Positions 43,017-57,100 of a stretch of DNA of 58,124 bases are shown one piece after another. Below the pieces are notes generated by a model, which saw only the letters and a program-made list of their open reading frames with translations, was not told where the DNA came from and did no database searches. The first letter of the stretch is position 1. The number at the start of each line of letters is the position of its first letter. Location: contig NIVC01004146.1 of the NCBI GenBank assembly GCA_002269645.1, positions 1 to 58,124 on the forward strand, given 5' to 3'. Both the position numbers and the translations under genes were made by a program. The DNA is from Macrostomum lignano (taxonomy: Eukaryota).

Positions 43017-44661
43017 ATGCTTCAGCCGATCGAAAAGTTCTTTAACGAGAGCACAGTTCACGCGCTGGTTCACTTCACTGGCCAGCGCAGGCTCTACGTG
43101 AAGCTGATTTGGTTTGTAGCTTTCGCTGTTTCCTTCACATTCTGCGGCTTGCGAATAGCGGAAGCTTTCAATAAGTTCTTCGGAGGGGAAGTGACCACCA
43201 TGGTAAAGGAAGGCGCTGTCGACTTTGAGTTTCCTGATTTGTACATCTGCAACGAGAGCCCCATTTCGGGGAGCTATTCCGTGTCTTTGAGCCGTGAAAA
43301 TGACCAGTTTATCAACCGGTACAGGGACATGATTAACGACACCGTTCTGAAATACGCACCTCCGGACAGTCAAATGGAGGAGTACGCAGTGAGAATGATC
43401 AACAGCCTGCCATTCAAGTTCCTGTCGGACGTTTTGGGCCGCCAGACTTGGCAATCCATCATTGATCTGACCATTAACGACGTCGACATGCGAAATAAGG
43501 TCATTGCATCACAGCAACATCTACCTGAACTGCTTCCTATTGAATCTATCAGACGCTGATAGGATTAGTCTAAGTGCCCCAGCTAGCAGGCTGACTGTCA
43601 CGCTGTTCTCCGATCCCCAGGTGTCGGCACCGATCGAAAACAACACCCGTCAGGACGTATTCGAAGGCTACGCCGGCAGAACCAACCTCAAGCCGAGCGA
43701 TTGGGATTTCAACTATGGCTTCGACTACACGAGAACGGACGGCTTTCGGACCTTTATTACACCTAAAGGCATGCTACCCAACGACTTTAGCACTCAGTTT
43801 GTACTTGGTGGCGGCCAGAAGCTTGAGCTAGAGCTAGGAATGGAGGATGTCATCATGAAGCCGAATGACTTTGTCGGACAGTGCCTCGATGTAGAGGGCA
43901 CAGAAGGAGTTGACTACTGGAATCCGTACACTGGGGAGAGAGAGACTTTCCAGTTCGAGTACTACGCCTGCTTGCACAGGGAGGTTCACAAGGTCTCGAA
44001 GTCCATGCTGAACTGCTCGCTGCTGCGAACTCCGACACCGTGGGAGTACCGCGACCTCCAGTCCTGCTTCAACATGACGGCCTTCCCCAATCAGAGCACC
44101 CAGATGTCCAGCTATGATGCGCTTCGCAGCTTGATTTCTATCACTGCGCTCAGAAATTGTCGCGGCCAAAAGCCCTGCAAACGAAGGTTCTACTCGTTCA
44201 AGCCATCCTCTTCACCCTGGCCTTCCCCGAGACTGTACAACGAGTACCTGAAAGGCTTTATCAACTACAAGTTGGTCACTAGCCGGGTGACCAGCGATAT
44301 AAAGCCTCTGCCAGGCATTCAATACTTGTTCAATAACGCGTCGGGAAGCGAGGCGAGCAGGTCGCTCATGCAGATGACTCTGTCAGCAGACGATGATAAA
44401 TGTTCAGAGACGCAGCTGGCCGTCTCCTACACGATCAACTCGTTGACAGCTGATATTGGCGGCCTTCTCGGCCTGTTCCTGGGCATGTCGCTTCTGTCAG
44501 TGATGGAACTAGTGGAACTGCTGCATGACTGCGTGTTAGCTGGTTACCATCGTTACAAAGACGAGCAGAAAACTTTAGAAGCTGAAGTTCCATCGTCGGA
44601 GCTTCGAGACGTCAAGCAAGTGGCGTCGGACGATGCATCGAAAATGCCCAACGTGCAGTGA
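43017..44661 (+). CDS. Intronless DEG/ENaC (ASIC/FaNaC-like) sodium channel, ~547 aa, with one frameshift at ~43503-43512
   Basis: FFNESTVHAL, TM1, FPDLYICNESP, YLNCFLLN, WPS, TM2 ADIGGLLGLFLGMSLLSVMELVE with a GxS filter. The two track ORFs overlap by a +1 shift. Confidence 0.88.
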
Positions 44662-45764
44662 TGGCGCAAACCTGCCTCCAGGGAAGCTTTCAAAATTATT
44701 CGAAAATTGAGACTATCTTTGATCGATGACGATTTAAGACAAAAGCCAATGCGTTCTGAGGTTTGATTTTTTTTCTATGCCCTTAGTAATTCGTCGTTAT
44801 TCGCTGGTCCCAAGGGAGCGCCAGAGTTGACTATTCTATCCAAAAGTATATTTTTCACAAATTTAAATATTTGCCTTTGTTTCGCGCTACTGTAGTATGT
44901 TCATATGCTAATTTAGTAGAAAATCTAGGATTGGGAGTCGTCTATGGCCATAAACTATTTTTACTGAAAAGTCAAAATTGAAAAATTGAAATGGAATGTT
45001 AATATAACGATGCCGCGTGATAAAATAGTCTATGGCACTCGTGCTCTCCGCACGATTTAATCGTCCATTGTTTGATGAATAGCATAGCCCTAAGTGAGGA
45101 TTTACCACAGACAGTCGCCTCGGGCACGAAATGCGTTTTTTTTCTGAAATCAAAAGCGAATTTGAACCGGGGACTATACCAAGATTGGGGGTTTGGGTTG
45201 GGGCCACAGCATTTCGCAGACCTGATTCCTTCATCCCAGGTTTTAACCTCGTTACCTTTTGCCATATACCTTTTGGTCATAGACAGGAACAGAAAGCGGT
45301 CCCCAGCCGTCGTTTCCTTGTAATACACATTTCCTCTTTTGTGTCTTAGATCTTGCTCTCTCATTTTAGCATCTGTTTTGAGGTAAAAACTAACCTTTAG
45401 CTAAGCCTTACTTAGTTGGATTAGTTTCATTAGACACTGAGGATGGCCGAGATATTCGTTCGCGCTGTCATGCAACATGCTTAGTGTCTGCTGGATAAAG
45501 AAAAGACCCCCATGCCATTTAAACACAGTGAATGCTTCTTAACCAGTGAATTGCTATACAGAGGAGACTCAACTCTGGCTGAGCAAGATCCCCAGAAATT
45601 TATTTTATGGCCGAGGATCAATGACCAAATAAATTTGAGTTTTTGCTCACTTTATTCATACGGCTTATACTGTCTTGAAAAACGCGTAGAAAAAAATTTG
45701 TAATTTCCAATTTAAAAAAACTTGGTTTCTCCTGCACCACCAGCTGTGGACAGTACAGTTACAG

Positions 45765-45990
45765 TACAGTCGGCGCGGATGATGAGGCCTGCCAGCTGGA
45801 GTCTCCGACGCTGCAACTGGTCGCTTGTGCTTGAGGGAGTCCAGTTAGCTTTCAGCGTTGTACAGCAGGACGGTCTCGACGACAACTGCCTGGAACGGCG
45901 CCAAAGTCTGGTGGTCAGACGACACCGGGAACCAGACTGCTGAGGTAAGACAAACTGCTGACAACGCAGAAGCCTCGACGCCTGTCTATC
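45765..45990 (-). mobile_element. Fragment of an RTE-like non-LTR retrotransposon (post-RT region)
   Basis: FQAVVVETVLLYNAES* and QRRRLQLAGLIIRA resemble the RTE motifs ..VE.VLLY..E.W and RRL..AGH..R; broken by indels. Confidence 0.7.
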
Positions 45991-46473
45991 AGCGCCTGAT
46001 CGGCGCAAAACTGCAGCCTTGATGCAAGGACTACTATAGACTAGTCAGACGCAACACTTGCAAATCTTGCAAAAATAGTTGAAGGCGATTATTAAAATAT
46101 CCGTACCTCCGAATTGATTGAATGTACATGTAGAAGGTTAATTTTTCGCCTGATTGTTCAGATTTTTGTCCTTTTCCAAGTAAGTCATTTAGTTTATTTT
46201 CCCACTAGATGTTGATGCAAGAGAAAATCCTGTACAATGGAGAAATTGGAATGTAAGATACTGTTAACAACCTAATAATACGACTAAACCACAAAGTAAT
46301 ATAATACATATAGTGTGTTTCTGGTTTACACAGCAAAATTTTTGAAAGAAATAGCCTGCAGGAGCTACTGCAATCAGCACATATTATGTTGAAAATCGTG
46401 CAATTTATCTATCTCGCGAATGCATACGTACGACAACACAAGGACAACTAGACTATATAACGAAGTGTTCCTA

Positions 46474-46775
46474 CCCACTGGGAAAGGGTACATCGAAACG
46501 ACGTCGAAACGACATCAAGATATCGAAATCATGTCGTTTTTTAAAAAATGAAAATGGGATCGAAAAAACGATTAATTATTGCATAATTGTCCCTTTTTTA
46601 GCCTTTTTCGTATTTATTTAGCTTAAATTGGGTATTTTTTCCATGTCATAAGTAAGTCGTTTTGTACGACATCGAAGTATTATGTCGTATTGATGTTGTA
46701 ACGACATCATTTTTTGCAATTGAACCCATATCCAAAGCATGACGTACTGACATTGTCGAAACGACATTGGTTACA
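46474..46775. mobile_element. Possible end of a non-autonomous DNA transposon with subterminal GTCGAAACGAC/CGACATC repeats
   Basis: Starts CCCACTGGG; the motif recurs at ~46492, 46503, 46667, 46701 and 46755. No matching opposite end found. Confidence 0.35.
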
Positions 46776-48099
46776 CACGGCATCACAGTTCTCCGTTCCA
46801 GTGACAGTTCAAAATGAAATTGCTATTTCACGTCATGCTTTAGTCAATAAACAATTCTTAGTGAGCAGGCTGAGGAGTTTTACTTATTTAGATCTGTATT
46901 AATTGTATTAGTTGTGCAAATCCACACTGGCTAGGCCTAGCCTAGCTACTGCTACTGCACACATTACAAGTTAATTCAGTTTACAGTAGATATGATCATG
47001 CTTCATGTACATGGTTCTATTAGTAAATTTTTTTCAAACATGTGCATGTTATCTAAAATCATTACACTGACTAGACTAGATTGAAGGTGTGCCACCTTAG
47101 CAGGTCGAAGTGCATTAATTGCTCAATATTTCGAAATTATTTTTGATTTCTTTGAGTACAGTTTTGCAACACATAAAACCCTAAAAATGTTAAACTATTG
47201 TAAACTACTTAGATGCTACGTATTTTAGTTACATATGTCCTATGTGACTAATTAATTATAATTTACCATTCATTAATTTTTTAATCACAAAGTTCTATTA
47301 AATAGACTCAAAAAATCAAACTGAGACACATGAATTAACATCATATACTAAGGTCCAAGAAATAATACTCATAATAAATATCTTGGACATTTGGACTTAC
47401 GAAAAATAATCTTGCAATTAACAACGAAATTAGTTAAAAAAAATTTTCGCCGCTCCGATTCTGTTCACTGTAATTTGAAATGAGATTTTCCTAGAAATTC
47501 AGCATTTCAAATGTACAGTTTAACGCCCACAGGTACGTGAAACCACCGGATGCGACTTTGCAGTGAAATGCTTTGCCATTTGATACAAGTTACCCAACAT
47601 TAGGTAGCCTGATCATTTAGCTAAATCCATAATTAGGCACAGCAGCTTTCAAAACTCCGAAAAAACGAATTAATCAATAAATATGTAAACTATTATATGA
47701 GAAAAATACTGCCGTGTCTAAAACAAAAAGCGTCGAGCATTTAACTAACCTCACACAGTGCAATGAGAATTAAAAACAAAGATATTTTTATGGAAACTTT
47801 ACACCATTTTTTACACTGTAAATTTTTTTACACTGTGAAAGGTTAATCAATGCTACTCACACTTTTAGGGACTTTCACTGCACATTTTGTGGGCGGTGCT
47901 GCGCGCAATAATAGTTTCGCAAATTTGTATCAAAACCGCCAAACGGCAAACATGCGCGCAGTACCCACTCAATAGAGTGTTCGTTTTTGGAAAGAATATT
48001 TAAATTGTAACTCGAGCAGACATTAGCTTTTTAAGTGCTTTGCTTATGAGAATTCAGCAGCCACTGCAACGCAAATTACGCAATTTATCGTAAATAATT

Positions 48100-51000
48100 G
48101 GATGGTTGTTGACTGGACGTATGGTTGTGACTGGATTGTTGCTGACTGGATGGTTGCTGACTGGATGGACGGTTGCTGACTGGATGGTTGCTGACTGGAC
48201 GTATGGTTGTGACTGGATTGTTGCTGACTGGAATGGTTGCTGACTGGACGGATGGTTGCTGACTGGATGGTTGCTGACTGGACGTATGGTTGTGACTGGA
48301 TTGTTGCTGACTGGATGGTTGCTAACTGGATGGACGGTTGCTCACTGTATGGCTGCTGACTCGATGGCTGCTGACTAGATGGCTGCTGACTGGATGGTTG
48401 CTGACTGGATGTATGGTTGTGACTGGATTGTTGCTGACTGGATTGTTGCTGACTGGATGGACTGTTGCTGACTGGATGGTTGCTGACTGGATGGATGTTT
48501 GCTGACTGGATGGTTGCTGACTGGATGGTTGCTGACTGGATGGTCGCTGACTGGATGGTTGTTGACTGGATGGGTGCTGACTGGATGGATGGTTGCTGAC
48601 TGGATGGATGTTTGCTGACTGGATGGCTGCTGACAGGATGGCTGCTGACTGGATGGTTGCTGACTGGACGGTTGCTGACTCGATGGATGGTTGCTGACTA
48701 GATGGTTGCTGCCTGGATGGTTTCCGACTGGATGGATGTTTGCTGACTGGATGGTTGCTGACTGGACGGATGGTTGTGACTGGATTGTTGCTGACTGGAT
48801 GGACGGTTGCTGACTGGATGGTTGCTGACTGGATGGTTGCTGACTGGATTGTTCCTGACTGGATTGTTGCTGACTGGACGGACGGTTGCTGACTGGATGG
48901 TTGCTGACTGGATGTATGGTTGTGACTGGATTGTTGCTGACTGGATTGTTGCTGACTGGATTGTTGCTGACTGGATGGACGGTTGCTGACTGGATGGTTG
49001 CTGACTGGATGTATGGTTGTGACTGGATTGTTGCTGACTGGATGGATGGTTGCTGACTGGATGGACTGTTGTTGACTGGATGGTTGCTGACTGGATGGAT
49101 GTTTGCTGACTGGATGGTTGCTGACTGGATGGTTGCTGACTGGATGGTTGCTGACTGGATGGTCGCTGACTGGATGGTTGTTGACTGGATGGTTGCTGAC
49201 TGGATGGACGGTTGTTGACTGGATGGTTGCTGACTGGATGGATGATTGCTGACTGGATGGTTGCTGACTGGACGGTTGCTGACTGGATGGATGGTTGCTG
49301 ACTGGATAGTTGCTGACTGGATGGACGGTTGCTGACTGGATTGTTGCTGACTGGATTGTTGCTGACTGGATGGACGGTTGCTGACTGGATGGTTGCTGAC
49401 TGGATGTATGGTTGTGACTGGATTGTTGCTGACTGGATTGTTGCTGACTGGATTGTTGCTGACTGGATGATTGGTTGCTGACTTGATGGACTGTTGTTGA
49501 CTGGATGGTTGCTGACTGGATGGATGTTTGCTGACTGGATGGTTGCTGACTGGATGGTTGCTGACTGGATGGTCGCTGACTGGATGGTTGCTGACTGGAT
49601 GGGTGCTGACTGGATGGACGGTTGCTGACTGGATGGCTGCTGACTGGATGGCTGCTGACAGGATGGCTGCTGACTGGATGGTTGCTGACTGGACGGATGG
49701 TTGCTGACTGGATGGTTGCTAACTGGATGGACGGTTGCTCACTGGATGGCTGCTGACTCGATGGCTGCTGACTAGATGGCTGCTGACTGGATGGTTGCTG
49801 ACTGGATGTATGGTTGTGACTGGATTGTTGCTGACTGGATTGTTGCTGACTGGATGGACTGTTGTTGACTGGATGGTTGCTGACTGGATGGATGTTTGCT
49901 GACTGGATGGTTGCTGACTGGATGGTTGCTGACTGGATGGTCGCTGACTGGATGGTTGTTGACTGGATGGGTGCTGACTGGATGGATGGTTGCTGACTGG
50001 ATGAATGTTTGCTGACTGGATGGCTGCTGACAGGATGGCTGCTGACAGGATGGTTGCTGACTGGACGGTTGCTGACTCGATGGATGGTTGCTGACTAGAT
50101 GGTTGCTGCCTGGATGGTTTCCGACTGGATGGATGTTTGCTGACTGGATGGTTGCTGACTGGACGGATGGTTGTGACTGGATTGTTGCTGACTGGATGGA
50201 CGGTTGCTGACTGGATGGTTGCTGACTGGATGGTTGCTGACTGGATTGTTCCTGACTGGATTGTTGCTGACTGGATGGACGGTTGCTGACTGGATGGTTG
50301 CTGACTGGATGTATGGTTGTGACTGGATTGTTGCTGACTGGATTGTTGCTGACTGGATGGACGGTTGCTGACTGGATGGTTGCTGACTGGATGTATGGTT
50401 GTGACTGGATTGTTGCTGACTGGATGGATGGTTGCTGACTGGATGGACTGTTGTTGACTGGATGGTTGCTGACTGGATGGATGTTTGCTGACTGGATGGT
50501 TGCTGACTGGATGGTTGCTGACTGGATGGTTGCTGACTGGATGGTCGCTGACTGGATGGTTGTTGACTGGATGGTTGCTGACTGGATGGACGGTTGTTGA
50601 CTGGATGGTTGCTGACTGGATGGATGATTGCTGACTGGATGGTTGCTGACTGGACGGTTGCTGACTGGATGGATGGTTGCTGACTGGATAGTTGCTGACT
50701 GGATGGACGGTTGCTGACTGGATTGTTGCTGACTGGATTGTTGCTGACTGGATGGACGGTTGCTGACTGGATGGTTGCTGACTGGATGTATGGTTGTGAC
50801 TGGATTGTTGCTGACTGGATTGTTGCTGACTGGATTGTTGCTGACTGGATGATTGGTTGCTGACTTGATGGACTGTTGTTGACTGGATGGTTGCTGACTG
50901 GATGGATGTTTGCTGACTGGATGGTTGCTGACTGGATGGATGTTTGCTGACTGGATGGTTGCTGACTGGATGGTTGCTGACTGGATGGTCGCTGACTGGA

Positions 51001-54000
51001 TGGTTGTTGACTGGATGGGTGCTGACTGGATGGATGGTTGCTGACTGGATGACTGTTTGCTGACTGGATGGCTGCTGACAGGATGGCTGCTGACTGGATG
51101 GTTGCTGACTGGACGGTTGCTGACTCGATGGATGGTTGCTGACTAGATGGTTGCTGCCTGGATGGTTTCCGACTGGATGGATGTTTGCTGACTGGATGGT
51201 TGCTGACTGGACGGATGGTTGTGACTGGATTGTTGCTGACTGGATGGACGGTTGCTGACTGGATGGTTGCTGACTGGATGGTTGCTGACTGGATTGTTCC
51301 TGACTGGATTGTTGCTGACTGGATGGACGGTTGCTGACTGGATGGTTGCTGACTGGATGTATGGTTGTGACTGGATTGTTGCTGACTGGATTGTTGCTGA
51401 CTGGATGGACGGTTGCTGACTGGATGGTTGCTGACTGGATGTATGGTTGTGACTGGATTGTTGCTGACTGGATGGATGGTTGCTGACTGGATGGACTGTT
51501 GTTGACTGGATGGTTGCTGACTGGATGGATGTTTGCTGACTGGATGGTTGCTGACTGGATGGTTGCTGACTGGATGGTTGCTGACTGGATGGTCGCTGAC
51601 TGGATGGTTGTTGACTGGATGGTTGCTGACTGGATGGACGGTTGTTGACTGGATGGTTGCTGACTGGATGGATGATTGCTGACTGGATGGTTGCTGACTG
51701 GACGGTTGCTGACTGGATGGATGGTTGCTGACTGGATAGTTGCTGACTGGATGGACGGTTGCTGACTGGATTGTTGCTGACTGGATTGTTGCTGACTGGA
51801 TGGACGGTTGCTGACTGGATGGTTGCTGACTGGATGTATGGTTGTGACTGGATTGTTGCTGACTGGATTGTTGCTGACTGGATTGTTGCTGACTGGATGA
51901 TTGGTTGCTGACTTGATGGACTGTTGTTGACTGGATGGTTGCTGACTGGATGGATGTTTGCTGACTGGATGGTTGCTGACTGGATGGTTGCTGACTGGAT
52001 GGTCGCTGACTGGATGGTTGTTGACTGGATGGGTGCTGACTGGATGGACGGTTGCTGACTGGATGGCTGCTGACTGGATGGCTGCTGACAGGATGGCTGC
52101 TGACTGGATGGTTGCTGACTGGACGGATGGTTGCTGACTGGATGGTTGCTGACTGGATGTATGGTTGTGACTGGATTGTTGCTGACTGGATGGATGGTTG
52201 CTGACTGGATGGACTGTTGTTGACTGGATGGTTGCTGACTGGATGGATGTTTGCTGACTGGATGGACTGTTGTTGACTGGATGGTTGCTGACTGGATGGT
52301 TGCTGACTGGATGGTCGCTGACTGGATGGTTGTTGACTGGACGGTTGCTGACTGGATGGATGGTTGCTGACTGGATAGTTGCTGACTGGATGGATGGTTG
52401 CTGACTGGATTGTTGCTGACTGGATTGTTGCTGACTGGATGGACGGTTGCTGACTGGATGGTTGCTGACTGGATGTATGGTTGTGACTGGATTGTTGCTG
52501 ACTGGATTGTTGCTGACTGGATTGTTGCTGACTGGATGATTGGTTGCTGACTTGATGGACTGTTGTTGACTGGATGGTTGCTGACTGGATGGATGTTTGC
52601 TGACTGGATGGTTGCTGACTGGATGGTTGCTGACTGGATGGTCGCTGACTGGATGGTTGCTGACTGGATGGGTGCTGACTGGATGGACGGTTGCTGACTG
52701 GATGGCTGCTGACTGGATGGCTGCTGACAGGATGGCTGCTGACTGGATGGTTGCTGACTGGACGGATGGTTGCTGACTGGATGGTTGCTGACTGGATGTA
52801 TGGTTGTGACTGGATTGTTGCTGACTGGATGGATGGTTGCTGACTGGATGGACTGTTGTTGACTGGATGGTTGCTGACTGGATGGATGTTTGCTGACTGG
52901 ATGGACTGTTGTTGACTGGATGGTTGCTGACTGGATGGTTGCTGACTGGATGGTCGCTGACTGGATGGTTGTTGACTGGATGGGTGCTGACTGGATGGAC
53001 GGTTGCTGACTGGATGGCTGCTGACTGGATGGCTGCTGACAGGATGGCTGCTGACTGGATGGTTGCTGACTGGACGGATGGTTGCTGACTGGATGGTTGC
53101 TGACTGGATGGTTGCTGACTGGATTGTTGCTGACTGGATGGATGGTTGCTGGACGAATGGTTGCTGACTGGATGGTTGCTGACTGGATGGTTGCTGACTG
53201 GATGGTTGCTGAATGGATGGATGGTTGCTGACTGGATGGTTGCTGACTGGATGGTTGCTGACTGGACGTATGGTTGTGACTGGATGGTTGCCGACTGGAT
53301 GGTCGCTGACTGGACGGATGATTGCTGACTGGACGGATGGTTGCTGACTGGACGGATGGTTGCTGACTGGATGACTGCTGACTGGATGGTTGTGACTGGA
53401 TGGTTGCTGACTGGATGATTGCTGACTGGATTGTTGCTGACTGGATGGACGGTTGCTGACTGGATGGCTGCTGACTGGACGGATGCTGACTGGATGGTTG
53501 CTGACTGGATGGTTGCTGACTGGATGGATGCTGACTGGACGAATGGTTGCTGACTGGATGGATGTTTGCTGACTGGATGGTTGCTGACTGGATTGTTGCT
53601 GACTGGATGGATGGTTGCTGGACGAATGGTTGCTGACTGGATGGTTGCTGACTGGATGGTTGCTGACTGGATGGTTGCTGAATGGATGGATGGTTGCTGA
53701 CTGGATGGTTGCTGACTGGATGGTTGCTGACTGGACGTATGGTTGTGACTGGATGGTTGCCGACTGGATGGTCGCTGACTGGACGGATGATTGCTGACTG
53801 GACGGATGGTTGCTGACTGGACGGATGGTTGCTGACTGGATGACTGCTGACTGGATGGTTGTGACTGGATGGTTGCTGACTGGATGATTGCTGACTGGAT
53901 TGTTGCTGACTGGATGGACGGTTGCTGACTGGATGGCTGCTGACTGGATGGATGCTGACTGGACGAATGGTTGCTGACTGGATGGATGTTTGCTGACTGG

Positions 54001-54090
54001 ATGGTTGCTGACTGGATGGTTGCTGACTGGATTGTTGCTGACTGACGGCTGCTGACTGGACGGATGCTGACTGGATGGATAGTTGCTGAC
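48100..54090. repeat. ~6 kb 15-bp satellite (GGATGGTTGCTGACT) with GGAT/GGAC stutters and kb-scale higher-order duplications
   Basis: Rare variants recur at ~1.4 kb and ~1.05 kb spacing; a 469-bp duplication lies near the right end. Confidence 0.98.
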
Positions 54091-54119
54091 TAAATAGTTG
54101 CCGACTTTAGAATAGCAAG

Positions 54120-57100
54120 TTAGCGGCTATCAGAATTCGCGGATGAGCACATTCTCAGCAAACGCTTTTGCTCATGCAACTGCGTCTGCACTTTTTGTGC
54201 AGAAAAAAGGCTCACGAAATTGTTGTAATCGCAACTTGATACTCGCAAATCTGCAAATGCACGAACTCTACTCACCGCAGTATAAAATAATCCAGCTGGA
54301 ATAGCTTTCCTGGCGCCTCCTTTGCTAAACGCCACGTACGCTTTTGGAATTGTAAGTCCTTGGCTCTTGTGAATCGTACTAGCCCAAGCCAATCGTAGTG
54401 GAAATTGTTGACGCGACAATTGGGCTCCTCCTTTAAACTTTTCATTCGTTACTGACAGAATTGGCACTACACGAATTGCACGATTATCTTGTACAATTGC
54501 CCCCATTGCTGGGCCAGAATAATTGTCAAATTCAACCCAAATACAATCTGGCCAATCCTTTGGTGATTGCCTTCCAGGAGCGTAGCAAATTCCTCGTACA
54601 GTTCCAACTGATCCATTCACAAGTCCATTGCGTACTGACAGATTTCTAGTTAGCATTACTCGAGCACCAATACACAAATAGAGTCGCTTCTCCAGATTCG
54701 TATCCGATTTTTTATGTTCCTTCTTTTTGCCACACAATTTTGCTTCGTCTCCTTTACAAATTGCGTTAATTTGCCGCACAGGATTCAATTCGGAAACCAT
54801 CTTTCCCAATAGCATGTAGTTGCGATTTCTCACATCCTCGTTAGTGTGATATAAAAATGTACACCCGCTTTGGAAACCTTCAGGCAAAAGGTCGGGAGCA
54901 TAGACGCGACAATTGTTCATCAACGAATTCCAGCAGGCTTCGTCGGCCTTGCCTTCGCGAAGTTTATCCAACAACTGGGCGAATTCCGTATCGTTTGCTT
55001 GTCGGACTTGTTCTGTCAGATGCACAACCTTTTTGAACTCCATGTACAATTTATAGCCTTCAGATTTCAATATATCGTGCTTCTTTTGATTTGGATTGTA
55101 AACGTACAGTTGCGTGTCCAAAACTGGAGGCAATTGAAACACGTCGCCAATTAGGATTACAGATCGACCACCAAAACTCTGTTTACTGTGTTCTGGAAAC
55201 AATTCGCGCAAACGAGCATCCACCTTACGGAGTAACCTTTGGCCAAGCATGCTAAATTCGTCAATAAAAATGTAGCGCACATCTTTCCACTGCTCTTGCA
55301 TCTCCATTAGGGATTTCTTGCCAACACCAGCACTAAAATTTACATTCAATTTCAAAGCCGAGTGCAAAGTTTCGCCTGCAATATTGAAAGCGGCTACGCC
55401 TGTTGATGCCATAATTCTGCATCTTGATTCTCCAATCAACCGACGCAATGTAGAAATCAAGTAGCTTTTTCCAGTTCCAGCGCTACCATACAAAATTGCT
55501 TTGAGAGGCTCCGGCTTTTCGCCTTGGTTTTCTTCGGCTAGTCTTGAAAGCTGCAAATGACTTTCAATTAGGTTGTACATTTCTCGCTGCCGAACATTAA
55601 GCGATTCAACACTGTTTATCGGCATGTCAGCGACCTCTCTTGCGCCAAGTTTTAGGTCGCTACTTAAAAACGCCTTTGCTTCTCCAACCGTTGGAAACTG
55701 GCCGCCACTAGCTGCGCTCCAGTCAAAATTTTCTGGCGGCTTTGGCAATTGATCTTCTGGACAGGCCAATAGATTTCTCTCGCGATGAAGTGCCCCCACT
55801 GCAACCATCCAATCTTCTTGCTCTTCGTGCTCATAAGTTGGCTGAGCAGCAGATTGCGCATTTGCGTTGGTCATTTCGGGTAGCTCCGCAACTGCTTCGA
55901 CTTCTTCGTCAGCTTCGTCGTTGCGCAAATCGTCCAAATTGGGCAGCTGCAGCTCGCATCGATTCTCAGCAGGCATGGCTTCGTACGCTTGCTGCCAGCT
56001 TGTGTGCAAACCTTTGCTTCTCGCTCATTTCGCCAACAACTGTACAACAAAACCTGCTGCGATAATAGCCTTCGCGTCTTTCGTCTGATTGCTCATTCGG
56101 TCGAAAAAATGGACTGATTAGCAAAACTACTTGTTTCGGCCTTTTTGTGCACCTCCCATTAGGGCTGAGACAGTAGTCGAAAAGAAACGAAACATTGTTA
56201 CATTTTCCAAATTCTTTGCACGCTTTGAATACTTGTCGCAACTATTCCTGCAAACACCCTTTTCCTCCACTGCGCGGGTTTCGCCAGTCTGAACAAAAAC
56301 AAATTCTCGCGAACCCTTGTACATTGACGTCTGCAATAGCAAATGCATTGCCTCTTGCGCCGAATAATCACGCGCTCCAACTTGCGCCATCAAGTGTTGT
56401 TGTACAACACGCCTTGCAGTGTTGCTACGCTGAAAATTGTTATCGGCATTCTGTTCTGCATTATCTTCCAACTCCTTATGAAGACGCTTTGTCAGCTCCG
56501 CCATATAATCCGACTCCTTTTCGCTTTTTGTCGCATACTTGATCAAATAGCGAATCAAATTCTTCACGGACGAAATCATTTGAACATCGACATTGGCTCT
56601 CCACATGCCAGCAACTGCGGACTGTGAGAAATCATTCGCTCGTCGTTGCGCTGCGTCTCAACTTGCCAATTTAAACGGGATACTCGCTTTGCAACAGTCT
56701 TTTGCGGCTCGCGCGGATACTTGAATCGGCACTCTTGTTTGCCTTTTCTGTTCGCAAGCACTTTTTACTGCAAATAGTGTGCCTCTCTGTCAAATGCGAA
56801 ATTAACTGCAAATCTTGCTTGTCATTTTCAATCTCTTCCGGTTTCAGTTGAGCTGGATGACCTTGACCTGCTAAACTGCCATTCAAAACTTGATTTCCAT
56901 AATCCGATTCGTCCATGGCCAAATTCCAACTACAGATGTACTTGTCAACAAAGCTCGTCAATTCTTCTGCATTCAATGTATTCGATGTCACATCAACACC
57001 ATCTGGCATCCAAATGCAACCGTGAACGTGTGGACTTCCGCGACTCTGATATTCTATGCGAAACCAATAATCGTTTACTTTCCAGTGCTCGACCAAAAAA

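Noticed and set aside
43500-43514. 15-nt GT-AG micro-intron to explain the ENaC frameshift
   Set aside because: Too short, and a multiple of three, so it cannot restore the frame.
47889-47968. Imperfect 16-19 bp inverted repeat near the satellite, a possible Helitron terminal structure
   Set aside because: Too short and imperfect to assign; no clear CTRR or subTIR pair without the 5' end of the element.
603-54090. CRISPR-like arrays
   Set aside because: Units are contiguous with no unique spacers, there are no cas genes, and the context is eukaryotic.
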